Made by a program: the position numbers and the translations under genes
Shown here: piece by piece, positions 19,475-28,091 of the stretch
Layout of the letters: every line of letters begins with the position of its first letter
How positions within the stretch are numbered: position 1 is the stretch's first letter
Notes under the pieces: generated by a model
What the model saw: the letters and a program-made list of their open reading frames with translations, nothing else
What the model was told of the DNA's origin: nothing
Databases searched by the model: none
NCBI GenBank assembly: GCA_039698055.1
Contig: JBDKTL010000009.1
Location: 1 to 34,776 of the forward strand
Length of the DNA: 34,776 bases
Direction: 5' to 3'
Source of the DNA: Methanoregula sp.
Lineage (GTDB): Archaea > Halobacteriota > Methanomicrobia > Methanomicrobiales > Methanospirillaceae

Positions 19475-19726
19475 ATGAATATTTCAGATGTATTCATGTA
19501 CCTGGCGCTCCTCATCGAGCTTGTCGTCACGATTCTTGCAGCGATGATTGCGGTTCAGAAACAGAAACTCTATGGCTGGTTTATCTCCCTGACGTTTGGG
19601 CTCTTTTTTATCTTTGATTTGGTCAGGATCTATGGCCTGCCGCTGAGTGCCGACCTGACCCAGCTGATATTTCTCGTGGCCTGCGGTTCGATGCTGTACG
19701 CGGTATGGCTGCTGTTTAAAGAGTGA
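19475..19726 (+). CDS. Small three-TM membrane protein (83 aa)
   Basis: Three hydrophobic segments; clean ORF. Confidence 0.75.
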   Translation: MNISDVFMYLALLIELVVTILAAMIAVQKQKLYGWFISLTFGLFFIFDLVRIYGLPLSADLTQLIFLVACGSMLYAVWLLFKE

Positions 19727-19844
19727 GGGAAAAAACCGGGGGCGGGGGGATGTTCCCCCGTCCCCGTTTAAGGGAAGAACATGGCGTAGTGATAGCACAC
19801 AAACACTTTTTTTTCGCAGCTGACTGCAGCCTTGGTTCTCGCAG

Positions 19845-19988
19845 TTACTGTTTTGGTGCCGGTCCCCCGCTGTTTTCCATATGATCGAGGACCCGGTCCC
19901 ACATGACGTGGAGACCGGGGATGACCACGTAGGCGAGCAGACCTGAACCAAGGAATGCCGCCGTGATGATAATCTCGTTGTCAACCAT
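19845..19988 (-). CDS. 47-aa single-TM peptide, paralogue of 25871..26011
   Basis: Manual translation MVDNEIIITAAFLGSGLLAYVVIPGLHVMWDRVLDHMENSGGPAPKQ; RBS GAGGTGAGG. Confidence 0.75.
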   Translation of the reverse strand: MVDNEIIITAAFLGSGLLAYVVIPGLHVMWDRVLDHMENSGGPAPKQ

Positions 19989-20016
19989 TGTCCTCACCTC
20001 ACGCGAGGACGGCCAC

Positions 20017-20184
20017 AGCGACCTCGACCTGATTGTGGAATTTGATCGGCCGACAGGAATGATGGCATTCGTGCACTTGAAATACCTGATCTCCGACCGT
20101 TTGAATATTAAGATCGATCTCGTTTCCTGATGGGCTTCACCCTCTGATCCGCGATCAGGTAATGCACGAGGTCGTATATGTCTG
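20017..20184 (+). pseudogene. MNT nucleotidyltransferase antitoxin remnant (3' half, frameshifted)
   Basis: SDLDLIVEFDRPTGMMAFVHLK..., near-identical to the 3' half of 30161..30454; 5' half absent and a small deletion near 20125. Confidence 0.8.
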
Positions 20185-20252
20185 AAAAACGATCTTCTTC
20201 CCTTCTTTTGTAGGATATTTTCCCATCAGTGGAGAAGATCGAAAATTTTTAT
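20178..20252 (+). pseudogene. HEPN/DUF86 toxin 5' fragment
   Basis: MSEKRSSSLLL*DI...VEKIENF overlaps the MNT stop; in-frame TAG and truncation. Confidence 0.55.
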
Positions 20253-20310
20253 CCGCTCAAAGATTGGTAAAAATGTGGGTGGGGGAAGATGCTGGAATTT
20301 TTCCCATTAG

Positions 20311-20530
20311 TCACATTAATTCATCAGGATTGATACCGGCGTCTTTGCAGTGCTGTTTTGTGATCTTCGGGTGCAGAATTTTCCCGGCATGATCCGGGAC
20401 GGTTACTCTTATACCAGCATCGTTTTTAAATATCTTATGACTCCCGCTCTAGAGTACACACGTGAATCCTTTTCTCTTGAGCAGAGTGATGATTTTTTTG
20501 TGCCTGAACCCGCGGGAGTTTTTCACTCAT
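20311..20530 (-). pseudogene. hicA: HicA mRNA interferase toxin pseudogene
   Basis: MSEKLPRV...GF..V..SGSHKIFK...RVTVPDH..ILHPK; extra A in an A7 run and CAG>TAG before SGSH. Confidence 0.85.
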
Positions 20531-20751
20531 ACCGAGACATCCACCGTGGTTAAGTTGATGAGCTGGGCTTGGGGGATCTTCTCTCCGGATTCGATACGAT
20601 CATCGAGATGGAGACGTATGGCATCCCGTATATTGTCAAGGACTTCTTCATAGGTTTCTCCCTGTACATAACAACCCTGAAGTTCCGGACAGAATGCGGT
20701 AGAGCCATCTTCATCTTTTTCTATTACTACGGAAAAACGGAAATTGTGCAT
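20527..20751 (-). CDS. hicB: HicB-family antitoxin (intact)
   Basis: FSVVIEKDEDG..AFCPELQGCYVQGETYEEVLDNIRDAIRLHL; ATGA overlap with hicA. Confidence 0.9.
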   Translation of the reverse strand: MHNFRFSVVIEKDEDGSTAFCPELQGCYVQGETYEEVLDNIRDAIRLHLDDRIESGEKIPQAQLINLTTVDVSV

Positions 20752-20988
20752 ACCTGACCTTCTCTTTTGCATTCTTTGTTGAATATAGAGTGGGCAGACT
20801 GTGCAATAACTTTTTGATTGTCCAGCGGAAGCGACAGGTGGTACCCTGCCGGTCTGCCACTGGCTGGATGGATCCCCCCGGGGGGTGGATGGATCGGGCT
20901 ATGCTATAGGGGGGAGAGTTACGCTCCTTGAGGGCCGAGCCCCCAGCCAGCGTGGGCGTGCCCATTGGTATAGTCAGAAAATGATACG

Positions 20989-21594
20989 TTACCGGCTGTT
21001 CCTGAACTGGTATGCCGGCGCTTTCCGGTACCGCTCAAAATAATTCGCGATGAGATCGTTTTCCAGTTCCCTGAGCTGATGCGGGAGGAGGGTATTTTCC
21101 ACACAATGAAAAGAGAACTCTAATTCTTTCCCGTCCCAGGACTTCCGGGAGTGATCCACCAAACGGTTCGCACAATTCCCGGACTGGCCGATATACAGGA
21201 TCTCCTGCGAACCGGGCTCCATGAGAATATACAGACCCGGACCTGCCGGGGCGTCGCTGATTTTTTCCGTCACGAACGGCTCAACACTACTCCATGCAAG
21301 CCCCATCCAGCCCGGTTCCCCGGGGTTTCCGGTCGCTACCAGCGGGGGATGACTCGGACCACCGGCCGGGTTGTCCTTCTGGCCTTCGCCTAAGTTCCCG
21401 CCCCGTAAATTTTCTTTGCGGGTTGTAGATTTCCGGTACCGTGGGTGAAACCGCCCGAAATTGCAGAGCGGGGAAGTCCCGCATTCCTGCCGATACCGGT
21501 ATAACAAAGAACTCTCCATTCCCATTCTCCCGTTTATCGTAGCATCGGGCGGAGCGGCAGAACATTCGTACGCGAATCCTTCTGCATCCTGCCA
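20989..21594 (-). pseudogene. 3' half of a two-domain GIY-YIG nuclease-family gene
   Basis: PGLYIL...ILYIGQSGNCANRLVDH...ELENDLI; similarity begins at WQDAE, and the upstream part of ORF 20989..21666 is unrelated sequence. Confidence 0.8.
21580..21594 (+). repeat. 15-bp direct repeat TTCTGCATCCTGCCA (left copy; att-like)
   Basis: Identical to 31124-31138; marks the split point of the GIY-YIG gene. Confidence 0.85.
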
Positions 21595-22096
21595 GATTCG
21601 AACGCGACGGGGTAGCCGTGATCCAGCCTGTCGATACAATCGACTGCTATCATTCTTATGCAACAAAAAATCAAAAAATCAAAAAATGGTACACAACAGC
21701 ATAGTGTGTATCACCGGTGTTACACAACGTGTCTGTACGTCTCACATAATCGTGATGGTGGTACGCAGGAATTTTCCCGGGTTTTGATCCTGTGGCTATG
21801 AGGGGAATTTACCTGCTGCCCGTCTCAGTAATGGCAATCAGCGGTGAGAAGCGGAAGATTGTCGGGCTGTTCCCCGTCCGGACTTTTTCTGGTTGCACGG
21901 GATCGGCATGGTGCATACGTATACCTTCACGGGATTTTTTCTTCAATCGTCTTTTTGTCGGTTCTCGTGCGGACGAGATCCCTGCCGGAGTATTTCTAAA
22001 ATTATGAGCACAGGGAGTAACGTGTTGACTCCAGAGGTTTTGTAGAATGGTTGCACCCAGGTGCAGGATTATCCACGGCTTCACGGGTACCGGTAA

Positions 22097-22264
22097 TTTT
22101 CACGACGGTGTCCGGCGAGAACATGAGCTAAACTTTGCCCCAAAACAGGCCTTCTTTTCATTTTACCCCGCCTCCAGTCCATCCGGCACGCGATCGGCCC
22201 TCCAAACAGCGATATTAGGGTACAATTCGGAGGTTATTTTGTGCCGATTCAGGGCAAACGGGGC
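22097..22264 (+). repeat. ~168-bp non-coding direct repeat, copy 1
   Basis: TTTTCACGAC..TCCGGCGAGAACA..AAACTTTGCCC..AAAACAGGCCTTCTTTTC..CCTCCAGTCCATCCGGCACGCGA..TATTAG.GTACAAT..GGGCAAACG is shared with 25580-25748. Confidence 0.85.
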
Positions 22265-22951
22265 GATTAAACCGGGAATTTCAAAAACGTGTGCCGGAAT
22301 TCGCCATTTTTTGCACAAAATTGGTGAAAACGTGGATCAATTTGTGGTTGAGAACCGGGAGTTACCGTCGGAGAATGTGCAGGTATGAAAGTACGGGAGA
22401 TCACCCTCCCCACCATCTCATACCAGATCAGAACATCCCTTAGTATTGATCCGACTCATGATCCCTGTACCGGAACCTGGTCCTGACCGGTGATCTCATC
22501 CGGGCCCGCTACGCCCCCGGATTGCTGCCCGGCACCCTCAAACGGGGCTCGCAACGTGCCTGGATTTAAAAGTCCCTAAAAAAAGCCGTATTTTTCCAAA
22601 CGGGCAATTTTTTAGATCGATGCTATGGGGCGGGAAATGGGGGATCGCCGGGGGGCCTTTGTGAGTGGCGAGAGTGGTTTTTTGTGGCTGTAGGAATGCG
22701 AATACGGGGCTTTTACCGACGGGGTGAATAAAAATTTTGCGGGGCTGGATTTGAGAATGGGGCACGGGATGGGGCGGGATTTATGACGGAGAGGAGGTTT
22801 TAGGGAGGTGACGACGGGACCTGTGTTATTTTTGCTGGTAATTCTGGGGAGGTAGAGTTACCTGCGGTTATTCTCGTTAAGTCTTGGGTAACCAGAATAT
22901 GATCGTGGGGGATGTGATGATTCCGTGAGGGTTTGTGGCTCTCCCGGTCTT

Positions 22952-24232
22952 TCAGGCTGCCTGATCTTTTAGTCCCGGTTGATCGTGAGTATATTCGATA
23001 AGCCATTTCCAGGCCGGCAGCACCCGGATGGAAGCGTCCCCGATCGTAATGGTCTCCTCCTGGTTGTAGGTGAGGATGATGCCTTCGTTGAGGTAATGCG
23101 TGGTCATGGCACCGATAAGCCCGTCGAGTTCCAGGTCCCGGTTCTCCCGCGAGAGTTCGTAACAGACCTGGATCGCGCTGGTGATCGTTCCCCGGTCTTC
23201 GGTGATAAAATCGCACTCTTTTGGGTTATGGAAGAAATATACCGCATTTCCCCGGCGCTGGAGCTCGATGAACACGAGATTCTCAAGCAACCTGCCCTTG
23301 TCATCCGAAAACCGGAATGCGACCGCGTTGCGCATGCCGGTATCGATGCAATAAAGTTTTTTTTCGTGGACATACTGTTTTTTTAATGAGAAATCGTACC
23401 GGAAGATCTCAAAGATGAGGTACGCCTCTTCAAGGAACCCGACATAATCCCGGACCGATACGACGCTTTTGAACCCGAGCGTATTTTTGAGCGCGTTGTA
23501 CGTCGCGGTTTTTGCCGCGTTGGTGAAAAGGTAGTGGGCGAGTTGCCGGAACCCTTTGACTTCCCGTATACCGAACCGGCTGATGATGTCCCGGAACAGG
23601 ATGTCGTCATAGGTCCGCTTGAGGTACTCGGGGTCGCCGTATTTCAGGTACTCCGGAAATCCTCCTCCGGTGAGATACCGGTCGAACTCTGCGAGGATCG
23701 CGGCTTTTTTCTTCTCCGTGATCCGGGTGGAGCCAATCGAACGGAACTGCAGGACTTCCCTAAACGAGAACGGGTACAGGGTGATCGTTGTGGAGCGTCC
23801 CGTGAGATGCGTCCCGAGTTCGGCTGAAAGGAGATTTGCATTGGAGCCGGTGAGAAAAACTTTGTATCCCTCGTCATGGATCCGGCGGATGAACCGCTCC
23901 CATCCACCGACATTCTGGATCTCGTCTACGAAGAGGACTTTTGTGCCCGGGGAGGTCTTTTCGAAAACGAGCATAAGGGCAGGAAAGTCCGACACGGAAA
24001 AGTCCATGAGCCGGTCATCGTCAAAGTTGATGTACAAAAAATCATTGTACTGTGCTGACAGCTGGCGCAGGAGCGTGGACTTGCCGCAGCGCCGTATACC
24101 CGTGATTACCACGATCTGGTCTGTTTCCCGGAACCGTTCTGTCGCGATCTCGCGCGGGATGCCCGGGTCCCGGGAGAGGAACGCCTCTTTCTGGCTGAGT
24201 ACGAGTTCTTCGAGCTGCGATGTGGTGATCAT
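22952..24232 (-). CDS. AAA_14/DUF4143-type ATP-binding protein
   Basis: GIRRCGKST, INFDD, FVDEIQNV, TGSNA, LTGR, GGFPE, KLYCIDTG, GRLLENLVFIEL, ECDFI, IQV. Start at 24232 or 24238. Confidence 0.9.
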   Translation of the reverse strand: MITTSQLEELVLSQKEAFLSRDPGIPREIATERFRETDQIVVITGIRRCGKSTLLRQLSAQYNDFLYINFDDDRLMDFSVSDFPALMLVFEKTSPGTKVLFVDEIQNVGGWERFIRRIHDEGYKVFLTGSNANLLSAELGTHLTGRSTTITLYPFSFREVLQFRSIGSTRITEKKKAAILAEFDRYLTGGGFPEYLKYGDPEYLKRTYDDILFRDIISRFGIREVKGFRQLAHYLFTNAAKTATYNALKNTLGFKSVVSVRDYVGFLEEAYLIFEIFRYDFSLKKQYVHEKKLYCIDTGMRNAVAFRFSDDKGRLLENLVFIELQRRGNAVYFFHNPKECDFITEDRGTITSAIQVCYELSRENRDLELDGLIGAMTTHYLNEGIILTYNQEETITIGDASIRVLPAWKWLIEYTHDQPGLKDQAA

Positions 24233-24266
24233 ATACATTACCAATAAATACTTTATGCCTTTTATT

Positions 24267-24281
24267 TACATTACTAATGTA
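24267..24281. promoter_or_regulatory. Palindromic operator-like site TACATTA-C-TAATGTA upstream of the AAA ATPase gene
   Basis: Perfect 7-1-7 inverted repeat; degenerate second copy TACATTACCAAT over the start region (24234-24245). Confidence 0.55.
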
Positions 24282-24774
24282 TAAAAATTGTTATGGGGGG
24301 ATTACTTCACATCAGGAATTTTGCCCTGCGTTGCATGTGGGTTCGGGGGCAGGGGTTTGGGAATATATGCCTGGTATCCCGCTCTGGCGTACCGTGATTT
24401 TCATCCGGCTTTCAATCATTATTCTTCTTCTCCAAAAATATCCGCACTGATTGTGCTTGTAATTCTCGCCAGCCAGAGTTACCTGCGTTTGTCATGGTTA
24501 AGTCTGTTTAACCAGAATAAGAGTGTGGTGTGGAGGAGGGATGCTACTGGGGTGTGGGGGTGAATGCCTGCCTGAGATCCCGGATCTTTTTTTGATACCC
24601 CGGCCCCGGATGGCAGCGAACGGTGATGGTGGTGCGGGTTCGACAGCGGGGAGGGGAAGAGGCAGTCGTTCACCGGAACAATTGGCCGGGGAAAGGTTCC
24701 GTGTCCAGGTCAACAAAAAGATGATGTTGTGGGAAGAATATAGTGATGGGAGACAGTACAGGAGATTGGGTGAG

Positions 24775-25071
24775 ATGGCAGGACATACACTGAAGAAGAG
24801 GATTCGGGACACTATTGTTGCAATCCTGACCCGGTATGATGCCGAACGTATCGCCATCTTTGGTTCCTATGCCCGTGGAGATGCGGGAGAACACAGCGAT
24901 GTTGATATTCTTGTCAGGTTTGCCCGGCCAAAAAGCCTGATCCGGATAGTGCAGATCGAAGACGAGATCAGGAATTCCATCCACATGAAGGTTGATCTCG
25001 TAACCGAGAATGCTGTCAGCCCGTATCTCGCAGGATCAATTCACCATGATGAACTGGTGATCTTTGGATGA
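24775..25071 (+). CDS. mntA: MNT minimal nucleotidyltransferase antitoxin (type VII TA)
   Basis: IFGSYARGDAGEHSDVDILV...KVDLVT; start at ATG 24775 after GGTGAG. Confidence 0.9.
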   Translation: MAGHTLKKRIRDTIVAILTRYDAERIAIFGSYARGDAGEHSDVDILVRFARPKSLIRIVQIEDEIRNSIHMKVDLVTENAVSPYLAGSIHHDELVIFG

Positions 25072-25460
25072 AACCGGAAGATCCGGCATATCTCCATCAT
25101 ATCCTCGATGCTATTGTTCATATCGAAAATTTTTCACAAGCCATTACCTCTGCCCAGGATCTTAAGGATCATCCGCTTGAACGTGCCGGCATCGAGCGGA
25201 TGCTCACCATTATCGGTGAAGCAGCAAAGAATGTGTCCCCGCAGCTGCAAAAGGAATCCCCGGATATTCCCTGGAAGGCAACAGCGGGAATGCGGGACAA
25301 GATCATGCACCATTATTTTGGGGTCGATTACGAAGCGGTGTATGAGACTATCAGAGTTGATCTTCCGGTTCTCAAACAGGGAATCAACGCAATTCTTTCT
25401 GATTCAAAGAACGGAAATATTCCGGAAACGAAAGCCTCGAAAAAACGGAAGATCTCATAA
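25068..25460 (+). CDS. hepT: HEPN/DUF86 RNase toxin (type VII TA)
   Basis: YLHHILDAI, IIGEAAK, IPWK..AGMRDKIMHHYFGVD (RX4HXY); ATGA overlap with the MNT gene. Confidence 0.9.
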   Translation: MKPEDPAYLHHILDAIVHIENFSQAITSAQDLKDHPLERAGIERMLTIIGEAAKNVSPQLQKESPDIPWKATAGMRDKIMHHYFGVDYEAVYETIRVDLPVLKQGINAILSDSKNGNIPETKASKKRKIS

Positions 25461-25579
25461 AATTCCTTACCTGCTCTGCATAACCGGGACCGTTCAGGCA
25501 GCTTACACCCGTAACAATTTTTTATTCTTTGAACATCTGACCTGATATTGAAGCGGAACATCTTCACAAAGAACGATGC

Positions 25580-25748
25580 TTTTCACGACAGTATCCGGCG
25601 AGAACAAAAGTGAAACTTTGCCCCAAAACAGGCCTTCTTTTCCTTTTACCCTTCCTCCAGTCCATCCGGCACGCGACCGCCCGTCCAAATCGCGCTATTA
25701 GCGTACAATACAGGGGCCAGTTTCTGCCGAAACCGGGCAAACGAACGC
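25580..25748 (+). repeat. ~168-bp non-coding direct repeat, copy 2
   Basis: See 22097-22264. Confidence 0.85.
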
Positions 25749-25752
25749 GAGT

Positions 25753-25792
25753 AAAAAAAATCAGGGACGGGAGGAGAGGTTTCCCGTCCCCC
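25753..25792 (-). terminator. Hairpin + T-run terminator downstream of the 46-aa gene
   Basis: GGGACGGGA...TCCCGTCCC stem next to an A8 run (T8 on minus strand); homologous structure at about 19730-19766. Confidence 0.6.
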
Positions 25793-25870
25793 GGACACAC
25801 AGGCGAGGGCTTTTTTTTGGAGATGAACCGCTTGTGTGCAGGTACTATGACACTATGAAACCGGATCCTG

Positions 25871-26011
25871 TTATTTTGGGGCCTGTCCTGTACTGTCCTC
25901 CATGTGATCGAGGACCCGGTCCCACATGACGAGGAGACCGGGGACAATTACGTAGGCGAGCAGTCCTGACCCGAGGAATGCCGCGATGATGAGGATCTCG
26001 TTGTCAACCAT
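25871..26011 (-). CDS. 46-aa single-TM peptide
   Basis: MVDNEILIIAAFLGSGLLAYVIVPGLLVMWDRVLDHMEDSTGQAPK; RBS GAGGTGAGGAG overlaps the upstream stop; conserved paralogue at 19845. Confidence 0.8.
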   Translation of the reverse strand: MVDNEILIIAAFLGSGLLAYVIVPGLLVMWDRVLDHMEDSTGQAPK

Positions 26012-26021
26012 TCTCCTCACC

Positions 26022-26525
26022 TCAGGCAAGGACTGCCACACCGTCTGCCCAGGTTTCGACCCGGGTGCGGATGGAGTCATCGCTGTAGGAGGTGAGGGTG
26101 ACCTGTGAGCGGGAGAGGTTCACGTTGAACAGCTCGCCGTTGGGGTCATGGCACTTCAGGGTTGCCGCGTAGGTGTCGGTCTGGTCCATGTGGACTGCCG
26201 TGCCGCCGTGAGCGGTGTTGTTGGTGGCGTTTGCAAGCACCGCGGAGATGCCGGCGACATAGCCGTCCAGCGTGTTGTAGGACTCTGATCCGGTACCGAC
26301 ACGCTTTGCGTCCGCGTCTTCATACACGAATTTTGCCGTGTAGGTCTCGCGGGTCTTTTCTACGGGCGGGTGGTTGACGCCCGAGCTCATATACGATACA
26401 CACCCGAATGGGTTGGTGGTGATCACGGACTGGACAATCGCATCAAACGATTCCACGTCTGCAATCGGGTCCGGGAGTACCCGGACTGCACTTTTTACTA
26501 TGCCGTTCTGTACGAAATCTGCCAT
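26022..26525 (-). CDS. Hypothetical protein (167 aa) with apparent internal duplication
   Basis: Clean ORF with RBS AAGGAA and GC3-rich codons; its last codons are also preserved at about 20000-20016. Confidence 0.85.
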   Translation of the reverse strand: MADFVQNGIVKSAVRVLPDPIADVESFDAIVQSVITTNPFGCVSYMSSGVNHPPVEKTRETYTAKFVYEDADAKRVGTGSESYNTLDGYVAGISAVLANATNNTAHGGTAVHMDQTDTYAATLKCHDPNGELFNVNLSRSQVTLTSYSDDSIRTRVETWADGVAVLA

Positions 26526-27228
26526 TTTTGTTTCCTTCTTTTTTGGTTTTTATCCTCGGGCGCCTTTGGACATACAGTATAGGATGTAGTGGATATTACC
26601 CCTGACCGGGGGGTAGGAAACGGGAGTCAGTTCTGCGCGGGTTTTGGGATTGTGAATCATTTCACCTGCGGAATTGTGATTAGGGTATTTTAATGGGGAA
26701 AAAAACGGTCTTACCCCGGCACGGGTATCTCAAACGGAACGTGGGGTTATGAAAAATATCAAAGCTGGTCTTCACCCTTTGACCGCAACCAATTTTGATT
26801 ACGGATCGTCACGAAAACATGCACCCGACAGGGTGTGGCATTTAAAAAAAATGATTAAATCCTGGCTCTGGAGAAATCCTCAAAATTTTAATTGCCATAA
26901 CGCTCTTCGGGGGCTAATGCCCCCCCGCTGTGGCATCCCCCGGTTGCGACAGGTTAGTTCTGGCATTATCGCCCTTGAGCCCCACCCTCCTTGGGGGACA
27001 GGTGGCAGGAAAGAGGTGGGCCGCGTGGCAGGAAAGAGGTTTTCTCCCGTGCCTGAATCTTTGCTATTGTTAAACCACTTTATAGACGTTACGCGAGATA
27101 ATCCCGTGGGAGTTTCACGAGTACTTCGACAGGTAATCCCTCGTTTTGGCTAATAGTTCACTGCAATGATTTTTATTAAATCAATTGCCGGCGCAACAGA
27201 ACCTCTCATCCCTATCACTTCTGTCACA

Positions 27229-27930
27229 TCAGGAATTTCTCATTACAATCTGTACTGCAGCCCCATTTCCCCAGAATACCGCTCCAAGATAGATATCGAC
27301 AGTTACTTCCCTTTTGTCCTGCCTGAGAATCCGTACGTTGTCAATGTTCATCCGTGCACCGAGTGCGGCTTGGGCAACCCGCTGCCGGAAGAGTGCCTGA
27401 AATTCCGGATCGATCATACTGATGATATCGCGGCCTGTCAGGTCCTCACCCAGATCCGCTCCAAGTAAACGGGTGCCGGCAGGATTTACGTACGCGATCG
27501 CACCTTCACGGTATACCACAATCCCTTCCGGCAGCCACTCAATAAGAGACCGGTACCGCTCTTCACTTGAGACAAGGTCTTCGACATTCGATATATAATC
27601 CTTAATGAAAAATGAGGCGACGACTAACACCAGCACGAAGAAGACCCGGTCGATAATGACATATTCTACCGACATATCACGGGGGGACAGGAAAAAACTT
27701 ATGACTATCAGGAGTGCAAATACGCCGGTCATCACCAGCGGTGCATATTTCCAGCTGAGGTACACGGTCAGGAACAGCGGGATAAGATACAGAATCCAGA
27801 TCATCACTCCGAGGGGTGTACTGATATCGATGACGAATATGAGTACCGTTGCAATAGTGATATATGCGACAATACGGAGGAAATCATCCTCGCGTTTCAC
27901 CGGCCAGGTAAGCCTTCTTTTGTCCGCCAT
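27229..27930 (-). CDS. Four-TM membrane protein with a single C-terminal PAS domain and no output domain
   Basis: DISTPLGV..WILY TM block, SEERYRSLIEWLPEGI, YVNPAG..LLG, RQDKREVTV; stop directly after the PAS. Confidence 0.85.
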   Translation of the reverse strand: MADKRRLTWPVKREDDFLRIVAYITIATVLIFVIDISTPLGVMIWILYLIPLFLTVYLSWKYAPLVMTGVFALLIVISFFLSPRDMSVEYVIIDRVFFVLVLVVASFFIKDYISNVEDLVSSEERYRSLIEWLPEGIVVYREGAIAYVNPAGTRLLGADLGEDLTGRDIISMIDPEFQALFRQRVAQAALGARMNIDNVRILRQDKREVTVDIYLGAVFWGNGAAVQIVMRNS

Positions 27931-28091
27931 AAATGATCCTGTCAGACCCTTGTATAAAAATCTGGTGGATAATAAGGATGCCAATAAAGTGCACTAAGGT
28001 GTTTGGAAGAGGCCTTGATGGAAAGGATTTTACTCCCCTGCTGGAACGCCTCCCTTTTTTTAATGACCGTCAATAGTGCGATTTAAAAAAA

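Larger units (their letters stand above)
19845..20839. repeat. Diverged, internally deleted copy of 25871-26040 + 30283-31105
   Basis: Collinear similarity. The junction ...GGCCAC|AGCGACCTCGACC near 20016 joins the end of the 167-aa gene to the middle of the MNT gene. Similarity ends at GCGACAGGT (20839/31105). Confidence 0.9.

Noticed and set aside
21792-22940. Short ORFs 21792..22007, 21809..22084, 22047..22388, 22538..22765
   Set aside because: No RBS or recognisable motifs, mutually overlapping, and partly covering the non-coding repeat.
24625-24660. GGTTCGA as a possible tRNA T-loop
   Set aside because: No cloverleaf or acceptor stem could be built around it.
24523-24774. Long N-terminal extension of the MNT protein
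   Set aside because: MNTs are about 100 aa and the GGTGAG RBS precedes ATG 24775.
26022-26525. Specific call of the 167-aa protein as a levivirus-like coat protein
   Set aside because: Only a superficial resemblance in N-terminus and composition; no replicase or maturation gene, so it cannot be supported without structure comparison.
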